A stretch of DNA of 64,000 nucleotides, taken from the NCBI RefSeq assembly GCF_009914755.1, contig NC_060925.1, one strand, 5' to 3'. Of the stretch, positions 29,138 through 43,951 are shown piece after piece. The position numbers and the translations under genes were made by a program. The DNA comes from the human T2T-CHM13v2.0 reference genome, Homo sapiens. The notes beneath the pieces are model-generated. The model was not told the DNA's origin. It did not search any database and was given only the letters and a program-made list of their open reading frames with translations. The number at the start of each line of letters is the position of its first letter. Position 1 is the stretch's first letter.

Positions 29138-30386
29138 GACTTTGGACATTTTTATTGCTGTTGAAGAGTCAATGGGGCACAATCCAGTGTAAAAAATCCC
29201 AGAGTTTTATCCTAACTTTGCCATTGTTTTTCCTTTATGACCTTGGGCCAAAACCTTCACCACTCTGAGCTTTGATTTTTATATGCATTATACAAAAGGC
29301 TAATCCTGAGTCATTCCTTTGCTCATTCTACAGTCACTCTTATGTCTTTGACTGTGTGCAAAGCACGGGGCTAAAAGTTTCCTTTAGGGAACTCAGGGTC
29401 TTGAGGGGATGGGGTACAGTCTATGAGACTTTGTGCACTTTCCTAATGTCCTAGTGAATTACTCACTCGAAAGAGGCTGTATGATTCGGAATCCCTTCCA
29501 GATTTCTTGGTCTGGGATCTGTGAGGGAGGTGACTTTGTTAATTCTCTTGGGCTCCCAGCAATGTTTTGAAATAGCAATTCATTAGATCATCTAATCTTT
29601 TAAAGTAATGAAACCTTTCTAACAATAGACTCATATGTACAATTCCAATACATAAATCCGTCAGTAATAAAGCTGCTTTGGCTGAAACTGAGGCAGAAGG
29701 TGTGGAGCTTCTTGCTTGAGCTGTCTCTGGAACACCTTCCTCTTAATCCTTTGGCACTGTAGAATACAATTTTAAAACCATTGCTTTATTACCTTTCAAA
29801 GAAATTTTCAAGTGAACAAAGTTCTCCAAAATAAATAGAGCCTTGGCACCTGAAGAAGGATGAGTTTGAGCAACATACATGGTTCTCAGCCCTTGCCCTA
29901 CCTTTTGTTTCTCTGGTGTATTGGTGGAGGCCCATGTCATGTGTGAACTGATTCACAGGACCTCAAGACAAGCCAAGGGCCTAAGAACCAAATGGTAGAG
30001 GTTCAGCAGGAAAGTTGTCTCTGTGCCATGGGCAGGAGAGGCCCCATTCTGCCAGCTTAATCCTCAACTCCCACATGGTAAGAGCAAAGCAACAAAATGA
30101 AGTCTGCCTTGGTTTTATTGAGAAAATGGCCCAGGAGACATATAATAGAGATAGGTCGGAGGTATGAGAACAAACCATTTCCTACACTCTGATTTCTTTG
30201 AGGGAAAGATCCATGCCAACTGTATAATTGTTCCTAGAGAGGTATATGTAGTAAATGGAGACAATATGTATTATTGATGGGATAAATGAGTTAATTAATA
30301 ATACATGTACTCTGTTTCAAAAATATTATAGAAAAATCAACGAATTTGGATGGTATCCATCCACAAGGTTAGAAAAAAAAAAAACG

Positions 30387-30692
30387 TTCTCAGCAAACTA
30401 TCGCAAGGACAAAAAAACCAAACACCGCATGTTCTCACTCATAGATGGCAATTAAACAACGAGAACACTTGGACACAGGAAGGGGAACATCACACACTGG
30501 GGCCTGTCGTGGGGTGGGGGGAGGGGGGAGGGAAAGCATTAGGAGATATACCTAATGTAAATGACGAGTTTATGGGTGCAGCACACCAACATGGCACATG
30601 TATACATACGTAACAAACCTGCACATTGTGCACATGTACCCTAGAACTTAAAGTATAACTAAAAAAAAAAAAAAAGAAAAAAGAAAAAAAAA
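30387..30692 (+). mobile_element. 5'-truncated L1PA (PA4/5-like) 3' UTR
   Basis: 'gaacacttggacacaggaaggggaacatcacacac', G-rich tract, 'ccctagaacttaaagtataa', poly-A. Confidence 0.92.
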
Positions 30693-30799
30693 CAATGTAT
30701 TGTAAAATTATAAATTTGGGGCCATGACATATTGATCTTTAAATGCCAACATCTAGCATAGAGTCTAGCACATAATAGGCTATTTTAGACCAGTTAGGC

Positions 30800-31490
30800 T
30801 GGTGTGGTGGTCTTTAATGATACTCTAAATGCACAGTAAGATTGTACTTTCTGTCCTTGATTGGGGTCATATGACCAAATCTGTCCAATGAGTTGTGGGT
30901 GAGGAATGACGTGTGTGACTCTCAGGCTGATTGTGCAATGGCTGATGTAAGACTCTCCAGGACTCTTTTCTCTGTATCAGACTGACCAGTAATAATGCAG
31001 ACGGTGGCTGCTCCATTAGTCTGGGTCCCAGAGAGAGGGTAACAAAGTGGGTACATAGTGGAGAAGATTCCTCAGACAACCTTCAATGATCAAGTAATAT
31101 GAGTAAGAAACATTTGTGGTTTAAACCGCTGGGTTTTTAAGAAACCACATTATAACCTAGCTTATCCTAATTGATATAGCTAGGCTACAATAATAAATCG
31201 ATCCAAGCACTTAATTGCTTAGTAAAATAGAAGTTTAATTTCTGCTCACTAACTGTTCCATGTTGGTAGGTGGGAGTTGAGGGCACACTGGTCTATAGTT
31301 ACTCATGATCCAGGAGGATGGCCACTTTGCCATATTAAACGGTTTTCAAGGTCACTCAGTGGGCTTCCCCATTTCAGTTATATCATTTTACAGTCTAGTC
31401 ACGTGACTACACCTAATCGCAGAGAAGGTGGAAAAACATATAGCTGTGCCCAGGAGGAGGAAGTTGATTTTGGTAAACAGCAGTATTTCC
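30800..31490. mobile_element. two old MLT1 LTR remnants tail-to-tail
   Basis: + copy ends 'ataacctagcttatcctaattgata'; - copy starts 'ctaggctacaataataaa'. Confidence 0.55.
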
Positions 31491-32869
31491 CACATAGGGA
31501 TTCAATAAGTACTTGTTGAACAGAATAAATGAACATACATAAATGCAAACGAAAGGCTAGGTTGCTAAGGGCTTTTTGAGTTTACAGACCACTGAATCAT
31601 TTTATCTAAGCAGACATGTACAAAACCATTCATGGCACTACAAAACCCTTCACAGCCTCTATTCTCTAACCTAGTGTATAAGTTTCTACTTTTTTGAACC
31701 CAATCTATACTTCATGACTGTCATATGCCTAGAGTGATATTCAAAATAGTTAACTTATATGACATGGGCTCTGTCCTGTCAGAACAGATTTTGCCCAGTG
31801 AATAAGAATGGATCCCAATTGTAAATACTGGTAGAGTAGTCATATTAGGTGAACGTGAGATCTGCCTCTCGCCACAATGACCACGTTGTCCAAACCAAAG
31901 ATCAGGTCAGAACATGTAGTCTATCAAGTGTCAAGGTTGAAATATTAAATCATATAAATATTCAATTCATTATATTAAAATATATATTTACATAAAATTC
32001 AAACTGTCCAAAAATATCCAGGATGAATGGCCGTCATGTTCATACAGGAAATTGGAATCCTTGTACTTCCCCAGCACATAGCATATAAACAAAAGGTATA
32101 AACAAGAGGCTATGGAGGGAGGTAATCAGAAAAGATTTCAGAGGATGGGTGGCATTTGAGCTAATTTGGAAAGGTAAGCCATATTTTGACAGTCAGAGAT
32201 GGTAATGGTAGAAAGGACTTTCTAAACAGAAATGCCAGCATATGAGACGTTTTGATTTTGCCTTTCTTGTGGCATTTATTCTGGTGTATTTTATATTCAA
32301 CTTTTGTGACGATTTGTCTTATCCTCCCTGCTAGATTGTGAGATCCTTAAGGGCAGAGGAGAACTTCATTCTCTGCATCTCTTCTGCTTTCTGCAATGAT
32401 CTATGAATCATAGGTATCTACTAAGCATCTATTGGCTATATAATAAAAGGTAGAATCATTCAACAGGGAATGAAGTAAAGTTAAAATACGGTAGCACAGT
32501 TTTAGCAAAAGAAAAGCCTTATTTAAGAATTCTGTACCTTCAGAAGTCAACCTTAGAGATCCATGCAGTTGAGGCAGAAAATAGCCACTGTCCCAGGTCC
32601 TTCCTTCCCACTGCTTGTATCTACCCCCTATCTTTGAGCTGTTTGTCAGTTTCTATCAGGCTTGCTCCCATGGGCACCGTCTTCCTCAGACGCTGGTTTA
32701 CCTTATTTGTCTCCTGGTCAACCTCACTCACTTTCTCTATTCTCTACAAACTCTAGGCCTCCCTGCTTTACCTTTTCCTCTCCTTGGCCTCCTTTTTCCT
32801 GTCCTTTCTACTGATCAATGCATTTCTGGTCATACTGGCAGCTGGATCCACTCTTCATCCAGCTGGGTC

Positions 32870-34450
32870 CAGCTATCTCATTCTTGTGGTGTTTCTGAAC
32901 AAATAAATTAGAACTTGGGAAAAGAGAATTAAAGGATGCAATTATTTCTACTTTCAAAAAGCCTTTGACTAAATTATATACTAAGTGATATTTTTTTCCT
33001 AACAACGTCACAGAATTAAAGAGATATTTTTTCTTCGTAGCTAGGGAACTGGCATCGATCCAGGAATGAAAGGATTAAAATAAATGGGCATGCTATGACA
33101 GAATGCTAAGAGTAGGATCACCAAGATATTAGATTCTTGATCACTGATATTTAAAGTTTTGGCCAATGAAGAACAAGAGGGAATATCCAGTTAAATTTTC
33201 AAGTTTGCAGATAACAGAGAATTTATCCACATGGGAAGAGAAAACTCCTGCGATGTACTTCCAAAAAACATCAGGAGAAACCAAGTGGAGGTAAAGAGGT
33301 GCAGGTCTATTTTGACATGAACAAGAATAAAGCGATGACTTAAGAGAAAAAAAAAATCTACCTATACTCAAAGGACACAAAGCTCTTAGTGATCATGAGA
33401 ACTTGATAAGAGGATTTAGAAGACATTGTAATCATTCCCTGAAGAAAGCCTATGACCTTTAGGGGCAAGAAGATATTGAAATAAGACAGAAAACATTGCT
33501 GCACCCTTGTACAAGCCATAAATATTCCACTCTTGGAATCCTGGATTCAGCTGGGGCTGCCTAACCTGTCCTCATTTTATAAACAATGAAGTAACACTGC
33601 AAAGCTCCAGAGAAAACAACAAAAATTATCAACAGGATGCAATATATGAAAATGAATCAGGAAGATTAGAACCACGTGGAAAGAAAAAAATGTCGAGAGG
33701 GGATGTGTTTTGAATCCTTTAAAAGACTAGAGTTTAAAAGATGGTGTCATATAAAGTATCTATCAACTGTAAAGTGTATACATGTGAAGCATGACCTACT
33801 GAATCTTAAAAATATAAAACTGAAACCAGTATCAGTGTTTGTCAATATTTGATTTTTCATTATTTCATTCTCCTGAAGAGTTATTGAGCACCTACTATAT
33901 GCCAAGCATTCAACTCGGCTCTCAGAATACCTAGATAAATAGGATGTGGTTCTGCCCTTGATGGGAAATTTAATCAAAGAGAGAAAACTACAGAAAACTA
34001 GGCATGATTGCATTATTTGAAGCATGTCCTAATGAGAGAAAAGGGTCACTGGACTTCACAGTGGAAGTGACATTTGATCTGGGATTTGAAGAATGAATAC
34101 AATTATGTCATCAGGCAAAGTGGAAAATAATATTTCAGATACAGAAAAAGAGCATTAAAAATATACGGAGATATGAAAACAGGTGGTCTATTAAGAGATA
34201 TGTGAGGGACTAAATGGGAATTAGCAAGTTGGGCTCCATCCCAGGTGAGAAGAGCCTTTGAAAGCAACACCAAGAGGTTTACGAGTGGCTGAGTCATTTG
34301 AGCTTTTAAGGATTGAAATAACACAATCAGATTGGCATTTCAGAAATGTAGCTCAACATTTGTTACCCTATGGGAGTAATGCAGCCTAGAAAATATCTAT
34401 GTTCAAAAATGTCTTCATGAATTAATAAATAATAGAAAATTAGAAGAATT
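32870..34450 (+). mobile_element. ancient CR1/L3 ORF2 (RT) fossil, interrupted by an L2 (~33860-34350)
   Basis: Degenerate CR1 motifs: 'tttcaaaaagcctttgac' (FQKAFD), 'aagtttgcagataac' (KFADD-like), 'cccttgtacaag...ctcttggaatcctggattcag' (PLYK..HLEYCVQ-like). Confidence 0.7.
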
Positions 34451-34954
34451 CATGGGAGACCCCAACTCTTTCTGAGGCCAACAACACTAGAATGCTAGGG
34501 CAGAATAACAAATGGCTTTATCCTTGCCAACCACCAGTCAGGACCTGAGCAATTCGGAGTGTGCAGTTTTCCACATCACTTGATCATCTAGAATAAAGCC
34601 TGCTTACGCTGAGTGTGCCCATGAGAGTATTAGAAAACTAGAAGCCCTCTTACAAAAAGGAAGTACTGCCCTGTTCCAGCAATGAACTTTTGGGAACCTG
34701 AGTGGACTTTGCCCAGCCCTACAGTATCACCTGTGAGATTTCACATGGCTGTGCTGCTGCTGTTCAAACCCCATCAAAGCTGCAGCAAATACAAAGGCAG
34801 CACAGTAACAATCAGTAAGGAAGAATCTATCATATGACAAAGAAGCTGGTATAAGGGTACAAAGTAAAACCACCTGGCTACTAACCTAGCACTTTTTAAA
34901 AAAAATGTAGAATACCTCAATGTATCTGCAATAGATCCCAAGTCTGTTTCTGGA

Positions 34955-35252
34955 TTTTTTTTTTTTTTTTTTTTTTTTTTGAGATAGGAGCTTACTCTGT
35001 CACCCAGGCTGGAGTGCAATGGTGCAATCACAGCTCACTGCAGCCTCAAACTCCTGTGTTCAAGCGATCCTCCTGCCTAGCCTCTCAAAAAGCTGAAACT
35101 ACAGGCATACACCACCACACCCAGATAATTTTTTAATTATTTTTTTTGTAAAGATAGGATCTCACTATGTTGCCCAGGCTGACCTCAAACTCCTGGCCTC
35201 AAGTGATCCTCCTCCCTCGGCTTCTGAAAGCGCTGAGCCACCGTGCCCAGCC
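34955..35252 (-). mobile_element. AluJ SINE
   Basis: 'cagctcactgcagcctcaaactcctg', 'ctcactatgttgcccaggct'; TSD tgtttctg. Confidence 0.92.
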
Positions 35253-35559
35253 TGTTTCTGCAAGTGTTTTCAGCAATGGTTAGAACAGTTGCTTGGTTAA
35301 GACAGAAGCTGGAGAAAAACCAAAGGATTTTCATCCTGCTTAAAAAAAAAGAGATTAGCATTTAAAAGTTTTCATATTCAAACTGGGGTCAGAGAAGTGA
35401 GAGGGTTTATGAGGAAAATTTAGAATAGAAAGCTGAGCTAGGATCAGTGATGGATCATGAAAGGCATGAGAGATCCAGTTGGAACAAGGAGAAAACTCTT
35501 CCCAAAGGTAAAATATTTGCTTGTTGTTAACGTATCTTACAGATTTATTTTTCTGTTTA

Positions 35560-35730
35560 TAGCTTACAAAATGCTTTTAACAGTGTATGTAATTTTACCA
35601 TTATAATCTCCATTTTTACAGATAGAGAAACCTGAAACTCCACGAGGTCAACGGCCCAGCCAAGTTAGCACAGCTAGTTAGCAGTAGGCTGGAACTGAGG
35701 AACAGATCTTCTGAGTCCTTTGTACTCTTC
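35560..35730 (-). mobile_element. MIR
   Basis: 'ctccatttttacagatagagaaacctga...cacagctagttagcag'. Confidence 0.65.
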
Positions 35731-37611
35731 CCTCTGCTGCATCTCATACTGTGGTATGAGGTAACTCTGATTTTTTCATGCTCCTGGGCACTCAAGAAGA
35801 CGGCCTAGACGTGCATCATTGTTAAGATGTCTTAGGATGAATAAGAAAATGGTAATAGAAGGGGCTTCAGTTCCTGGGCCTGAGAGCTGCTGAAGGCTTT
35901 TGACAGTTCCAGGTGGCAGCAACAATCACTGGCACCAATTGCTTCAAAGTGCTTTAAAATTTCTGAAGGACAGAAGTATTCTTCGTCGTGGAAATTGTGG
36001 GCTCAGATCTACAGTTGCCTCACTTTGACAAAGTACATCACTAATCACAGATAATGTTTATTAGTCCCTCTCCTACTATCCCCAGCAAACAAGGAAAGAA
36101 CATTTTTTCCAGGGGGAAACTGCAGAAAGCAGGTGAAGCAGGTGATCCAGCATCCCCTAGAAGGTCTTTGACAGAGATATGAATGTGTCACTTAACACCC
36201 TGAAACACCAGGATCCCTGTCCACAGTGTCTCACCTATTCCCTCCTCCTGCTTTGTGCTGCTCTGCAGCACTGGACCTACGATTGAGTACATGTGGACGG
36301 AGGACAATGGCTCATGGTTTCAGACAATTGCCCCTTTAGAAGACCAGGGGATAGCCCGGCATTGATGCTCAATGAATTTTTAAAAAATCAATTTTTTTAT
36401 CAGCAGATGAATCTTAACAGGGCTGTAAAATGATACCATTTTAAGCAAAGACATCACTGATTTCCTTTAATTTTGCTATGATAGACTCGTTGATACCATC
36501 TACCCTACCCATGGGGTACTGTTTACTGCAGCCTGGCTCTTCACTTTGAAAAAGGGGACATTTAGAAGCCATCTTGAACAGGCCTGCTCTGTCCATACAC
36601 ATATACTTAGAGCTTTGGGTGCATTTAAATTGCTTTTTGCAGCAGTTGAAGGGATCAATAGCTCTTAGACTCTATAAGAGACTAATAATATACAAGATGG
36701 ACATTTTAAGCTTTTTAGAAAATATATTCGTGAGGTCGTCCAGTTTCCCCTGGTACCCAACTTTGCTGGTGACATTTATTAATGTTTTTGTAGCAAACAG
36801 GAGGCAGAGTTCTCCAAAGGCTCTCATCTCTGTGCTTCCAGAAAATATTGATATTTTTTTTTACAAGAATCGTTGGGGAGGGGGGTAAAAAACTGCTCAA
36901 AGCAAAACCAAAATCTACAAAAGAATAACTTAGCTCAAAGCTGGCTTGACAAAGTAATTCTATCTAAATAGCTTTGTGCCACTTGATAGAGACAATTTCT
37001 CCTGATTTTTCCTTTGAACAATTTCATAGTCTTCATGAGAGGCATGCTTTAAGAATATTATGTTCTTAATGGTAATGTAGGACTTTCTACTGAATCTTCC
37101 GACAAGAGAGAGAAGACAGCTTTACATTACTGTGGATTTGGAAAGCAATTTTAAATTTCAATTAATTAGGGTTAATTAATTAGACATTTGGTAAAAACAC
37201 TCTGAGATGCCAGGCTGAGGGGAAAAAAAATAACTGCTTCGTGATGGCTGTTTTAAAGAAAAGGCTGGACTCCATTAGAAAGCTCAGTCTGACTCAGAGA
37301 GGCCTGGAAGTACTGGGGGTACATGCTTGAATTAGAGAGAAATCAGATACTAGAATTTCTTCCTCCAAAAAAGGAAAAAAATAATTATACTGACTCTTTT
37401 GTTAAATTTATGTTTTATAAGACTTCAGACAATAGAAGACTATGTCTGGGCAAGCTGGCTATGACAGTGGTCAGAGGAAGGGGTACACAGGTAGCAACTT
37501 AGCTGGGCACATTAGAGACATCTAGGTGCCAAGCCCTGTGTAAGGCTGGGGAGATCACAGTGGGAGAAATAAGCCTCTTCACATTGTTTTCAGTCCTGAG
37601 CTGATACTGCA

Positions 37612-37985
37612 ACCAGTGGCTCACACAGTTCACAGAAGAATATTTTTCTTCATCTGCAAAGTGTTTTTGTAATTAGTTGTTAACATTTAGAAATGAGGAA
37701 GCTTCACATGGAAATCCAGATATTTAGCTTGTCTTGAAAAATTATTACATATGACCACACTAGACAGTATTCCTGAATCTCCTGTAGCTCAGCAGTGGCA
37801 TTCCCTTTAAATCAATCATGCATGCTCCAGTCCCCCAGCCCCTTTACTCATATATTACCCACCATCCCTCCTGTAGGCACTGACTTTGTCATAGTCATTA
37901 TAGACACACACAGAGAATGGGCAAATACACGTATCCACTGCACCGAGCGAGGAGGGAGTGACTTGTGCCTGAACACTTGGAAATC
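37612..37985. mobile_element. MER102-like hAT-Charlie fossil
   Basis: 'aacatttagaaatgaggaagcttcacatggaaatccagatatttagcttgtcttgaaaa'. Confidence 0.6.
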
Positions 37986-38006
37986 TTAGCTAAACTAGTG
38001 TGGCTG

Positions 38007-38062
38007 TTTTTGCATTCCCCACATATTTTTGCATTCCCCGCATATTTTTCCATTCCCCACAT
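38007..38062. repeat. 19-bp tandem repeat x3
   Basis: tttttgcattccccacata / tttttgcattccccgcata / tttttccattccccacat. Confidence 0.9.
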
Positions 38063-38319
38063 TTATTTGGTTTTCTTTGACATTGTTTCAGTACTATTGA
38101 AGACCTTTTTTTTCCTCAAGAATCCCCTATCCCTGTAAAATCCTTTCCAATCACCACTCATTATTGGTAATAACAGGCTACCTAGGGTGCTTCTTGTCTC
38201 TAACCCTGGAAGCTCTAACCATCTTGAACAGGGAACAATGCTTCCTGACCCACATATACAAACTGTGTTAAGCACGGGAAGGGAGACTAAGTAGTGGTAT
38301 CTAACTTTCCAGCAAGTCT

Positions 38320-38649
38320 GCTGCTCTTTGCCTAGCTGGTAATTCTTGCCCATGAAGCTTCAGTTTAAATGCCAGCTTCCTGGAGAATCCATCCATGATC
38401 ACCTGCTCAAAGAAGCCCCTTCCCAGTTTCCCACTATCACATATCCTTAATATACTGGTTTCATAGCACTTGATACAAGATAGAATTGGGTTGTTTGTTT
38501 GTCTGTTTTCTCATTATTTTTAAAGGCTTTCTCCCCTTCATGGATGTGAGCTCAGTAAGGGAAGAGAGCCTATTTGTCTTGCTCCTCATTGTATCTCCAT
38601 GCATGGTATAATGCCTGGTATACAGAGGTCACTTAATATTTGCTAAATT
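38320..38649 (+). mobile_element. L2 3' end (target site of the L1 insertion)
   Basis: 'tgtatctccatgcatggtataatgcctggtatacagaggtcacttaatatttgct'. Confidence 0.75.
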
Positions 38650-41600
38650 AGATGGCTGACTAGAAGGAGCTAGTGTGCGTGGCTCTCATGGAGAGGAACA
38701 GAAGTGGCGAGTAAATACAGCACCTTCAAATGAAACATCCAGGAACACACATTAGGACTAATCAAGGAAACAACTCAACCCACAGAGAATGGGGGAAAAG
38801 GAGGCAGGATGATGGCCCACCCAGGAGAGACAGGGAGCCAAGGGAACCTCCCCTAACCCAGGGAAGCAATAAGTAAATGTGTGACCCTGGGAATCTACAC
38901 TTCTCTCACAAATCTTTGCAACCGTCAGGTCAGGAAACCCATTCCACCAGGGCCTTCAGTCTGACACATAGAGTCCCATGGAGTCTCAGCAGAGCAGCTG
39001 CTCAGGCATGCACAGATGCCTGGGAGCTTCAGATATTCATGCTCTTCAGGCTTCCTGGCAAAAGTAGCTGCAACTCTGGCAAAGCAGGAGGTTAGATCCC
39101 CGTAACATATCTCTGGGAAGAGGCTGAATCCAGGGGGCTGAGCAGCCACGGTCTGCAGGCCCCACTTCCATGGCGCCTCACAGGATAAGATCCACTTGCT
39201 TGGAATTCCAGCCAGCCACGGTAGCAGCATTGTGCCTCCCTGATATGGAGCTCCCAGGGGGAAAGGTGGGCTGCCATCTTTACTATATGGGCAACTTAAC
39301 TGTTCCAGCCTTTGGGTTTTGGAGCATCTGAGGTGACCAGAGACTGAAGTGAACCCCCAGAACAGCACATCTGCTCTATGAAAATATGGCCAGACTACTT
39401 TCATAAGCAGACCCCCAATCCCATTCCTCCTCACTGAGCAAGATCTCCCAACCAGGGTCTCCAGCCACCTCCTACAGATGCATTCAGGCCAGCAACAGCT
39501 CCATACCTCCCTGGGACCAAGATCCCAGAGGGAGGGGCAGGCTGCTGTCTCTGCTGTTTTGCAGCCTTCACTGGTGATACCTCCAGGTCCTGGAAAATCC
39601 GAGGTGACTAGGGACTGGAGCGAACCCCCCAGCATACTGAAACAGCCCTATAGAAAAGTGGCCAGACTGTTACATGGGTGCTCGTTCCCCTATCTCCTTC
39701 ACAGGTCCTCCAGGCCTGGGCCTCTAGCCACCTCCCACCTAACGAAGGAGTAGCAACTCAGCAACTCCCTGGACAGAGCCTCCAGGAGCAACTGAAAGCC
39801 TCTCTGCTACTGCTTCTACGATGGAACTTTCCTTGCCACCCTTGGACTAACAAAGGAGCAAAGACCCTAAGTGCTTTATCCGCACCTCCAATAAGCTGTA
39901 GTCTACCGAAGGAGAGGAGGCTAGTCTATCTCCCACGGGTCCCACACACCTTCCACTGCTCATCACTAGACAGGGAACCCCTGGCTTGGGCCCACAGCAC
40001 AGACCCTTCATCCTGAGTTAATTGCACTGAGCAATTGCTCACCTGCATCTCTTTGGGGTGGGGCCCTTAGGCCACAAGCAGAGTGATAGGACAGCAAGCC
40101 AGCTGATGTGGAGCCCAGAGGGCTTGGTGTGGGGGCATCTGTAGTGGAGCATGACCAGGGATGTCCATCTCCCTAGGCTCGACTCGCTCCCATAAGAGAC
40201 TTTAGCCATAGGGGAGCTGTTGGGCCCGATCTCTGCAGGGCAGTCTTGCATATCAGACAGGGTTGGTTCGACCTGAGCATTCCTTGGTCTGCTGGCCTCT
40301 CCTTGGGCCCTAGCCTTGCCACACCTGCTTATAGGGCAGTCTTGGGTTCCCTGGGGACCCATACCATAGCTTCTACACTGGTGGACCATGCCTGAGCAGT
40401 GGAGAGCTCCAGTGACGTGGCCCCTATGGCCACATACGAGACTACACATTCCTTTCCTGAGCCCATGGCAACTCCCCACATCACTTTGCTGGTGCATGTC
40501 TGCACAACCAGGTTTTGCTTTACTTGCCCTAGCAGCACACAGGAATGCAGTATGGCCTCCTACCCCCACTGACTGCCATTGCAGATAGAACCTTGGCAGG
40601 CTCGGAGCCAGCAAGCCCCACCCCTGCCAGCACTCCACCCCTGCAATAACACTGCACAGAGAACAGGTAATCTTTCCACACCTTGAGTGATCACTCCTCT
40701 TTGTGGGGCAAAGAGAAGGCACCTAGACTTGCACTGGCCAGCACTCCGCCCCAAGCCACCACCACCCACTACCTCCAATGCAACAGCACACAGAGTCTTC
40801 AGCAGGCCCCTCCACACCCCCGCTTTCCCCCCTCCCCAGCTTCCTTTCCTCTGCCACTGTGGTAAATGCCTGCAGGAAGGCAGGCACCCTGGCATCTGCT
40901 AACACTCTGCTGCAGCTGCTGCACTTTGGTCCCCCCATCGCAGTGGACTCCAAGCCTTGAGGAGCCAGAGAACAAAGTCAGAGCCCAATACAATTCTCCT
41001 AGAGTTAGAACAGCTCCTAGAGAGCTGAGGACTGGCCCCCTAAAATCTCCCAGAAATGAATCTATTAGGCTGAATCCACCTTATTCCACAATCAAACCCT
41101 CAAGGTCATCAAATAGGATAAAAGAAAAAAAAATTCAAAGGTCAACAAACTCAAAGATTGAAGGTAGATAAGTGCACAAAGATGAAAAGGAATCAGCATA
41201 AGAAAGAACACTAAAAACTCAAAAATCCAGAGTGCCTTTGTTTCACCACATCACCTCTCCAGCAAGGGTTCAGAACTAGGCTGAGGCTGAGATGGCTAAA
41301 ATGACAGAAGTAGAACTTAGAATATGGATGAGAATGAAGTTCATTGAGTTATCAGAGTACACTGTTATTCAATGCAAGGAAGCTAAAAATCACGATAAAA
41401 CATTGCAGGAGCTGACAGACAAAATTGACGGTACAGAGAACGTAACCAACCTGATAGAGCTGAAAAACACACTAAAAGAATTTCCTAATGCAATCACAAG
41501 TATTAATAGCAGAATAGATCAAGTGAAGGAAAGACTCTCAGAGCTTGAAGACTGGCTTTCTGAAATAAGACAGGCAGACAAGAATAGAGAAAAAAAGATG

Positions 41601-41735
41601 AAAATGAATGAATGAAACCTCCAAGAAATATGGTATTATGTAAATAAACTAAATCTACAGCTGATTGGTGTACCTGAAAGAAATGGGGAGAATGGAACCA
41701 ACTTGGAAAACATATTTCAGAATATCATCCATTAG

Positions 41736-42557
<822 letters not shown>

Positions 42558-43664
42558 TAACATCATGATGACAGAATCAAATCCACATGTATCAATATTA
42601 ACCTTAAATGTAAATGGGCTAAATGCTTCAATGAAAAGGCACAGAGTGACAAGCTGGATGAAGAACCCAGGCCCCCATTGGTATGCTGTCTTCAAGGGAC
42701 CCATCTCACGTGCAATGACACACTTAGGCTCAAAATAAAGGGATATAGGAAAATCGACCAAGCAAATGGAAAACACAAAAAAAGCAGGCATTACAATACT
42801 AGCTTCTGACAAAACAGACATTCAACCAACAAAGATCAAAAAAAGACAAGAGCATTACATAAGGGAAAGGGTTGAATTCAACAAGTTCTAACTATCCTAA
42901 ATGTATATGCACCCAACACACGAGCACCTAGATTCATAAAGCAAGTGCTTAGAGACCTTCACAGAGACATAGACTCCCACGCAGTAATAGCGGGAGACTT
43001 TAACACCCATTGACAATATTAGACAGATCATTAAGACAGAAAATTAACAAAGATACTCAGAACTTGAACTCAGCACTGGATCAAATGGACCTGATAGATA
43101 TCTATAGAACTCTACCCAAAAACAACAGAATATACATTCTTCTCATCACTACATGGCACATACTCTAAAATTGATCACATAATTGGAAGTAAAACACTCC
43201 TCAGCAAATGCAAAAGAACTGAAATTGTAACAGTCTCTCAGATCACAGCACAAATTAGAAATCAAGACTAAGAAACTCACTCAAAATCGTAAAATTACAT
43301 GGAAATTGAATAACCTGCTCCTGAATGACTTTTGAGTAAATAATGAAATTAAGGCAGAAATTAAGAAGCTTTTGAAACTAATGAGAACAAAGATACAACA
43401 TAGCAGAATCTCTGGGACACAGATAAGGCTGTGTTAACAGAAAAAAATATAGCACTAAATGCCCACATCAAAAAGTTAGAAAGATCTCAAGTTAACAGCT
43501 AACATCACAACTGAAAGAACTAGAGAACCAAGAACAAATCTCAAAAGTAGCAGAAGAAATAACCAAAATTATAGCTGAACTGAAGGAGATGGAGACATGA
43601 AAAACCATTCAAAAGAGCAACTAATCCAGAAGCTAGCTTAAAAAAAAAAAAAAATGAAGTAGAT

Positions 43665-43951
<287 letters not shown>

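Noticed and set aside
30510-30533. G-quadruplex motif
   Set aside because: Standard feature of L1PA 3'UTRs; not novel
38925-40722. 236-aa and 227-aa minus-strand ORFs
   Set aside because: Antisense to the GC-rich L1 5'UTR; non-ATG starts in the sequence; no recognisable domain
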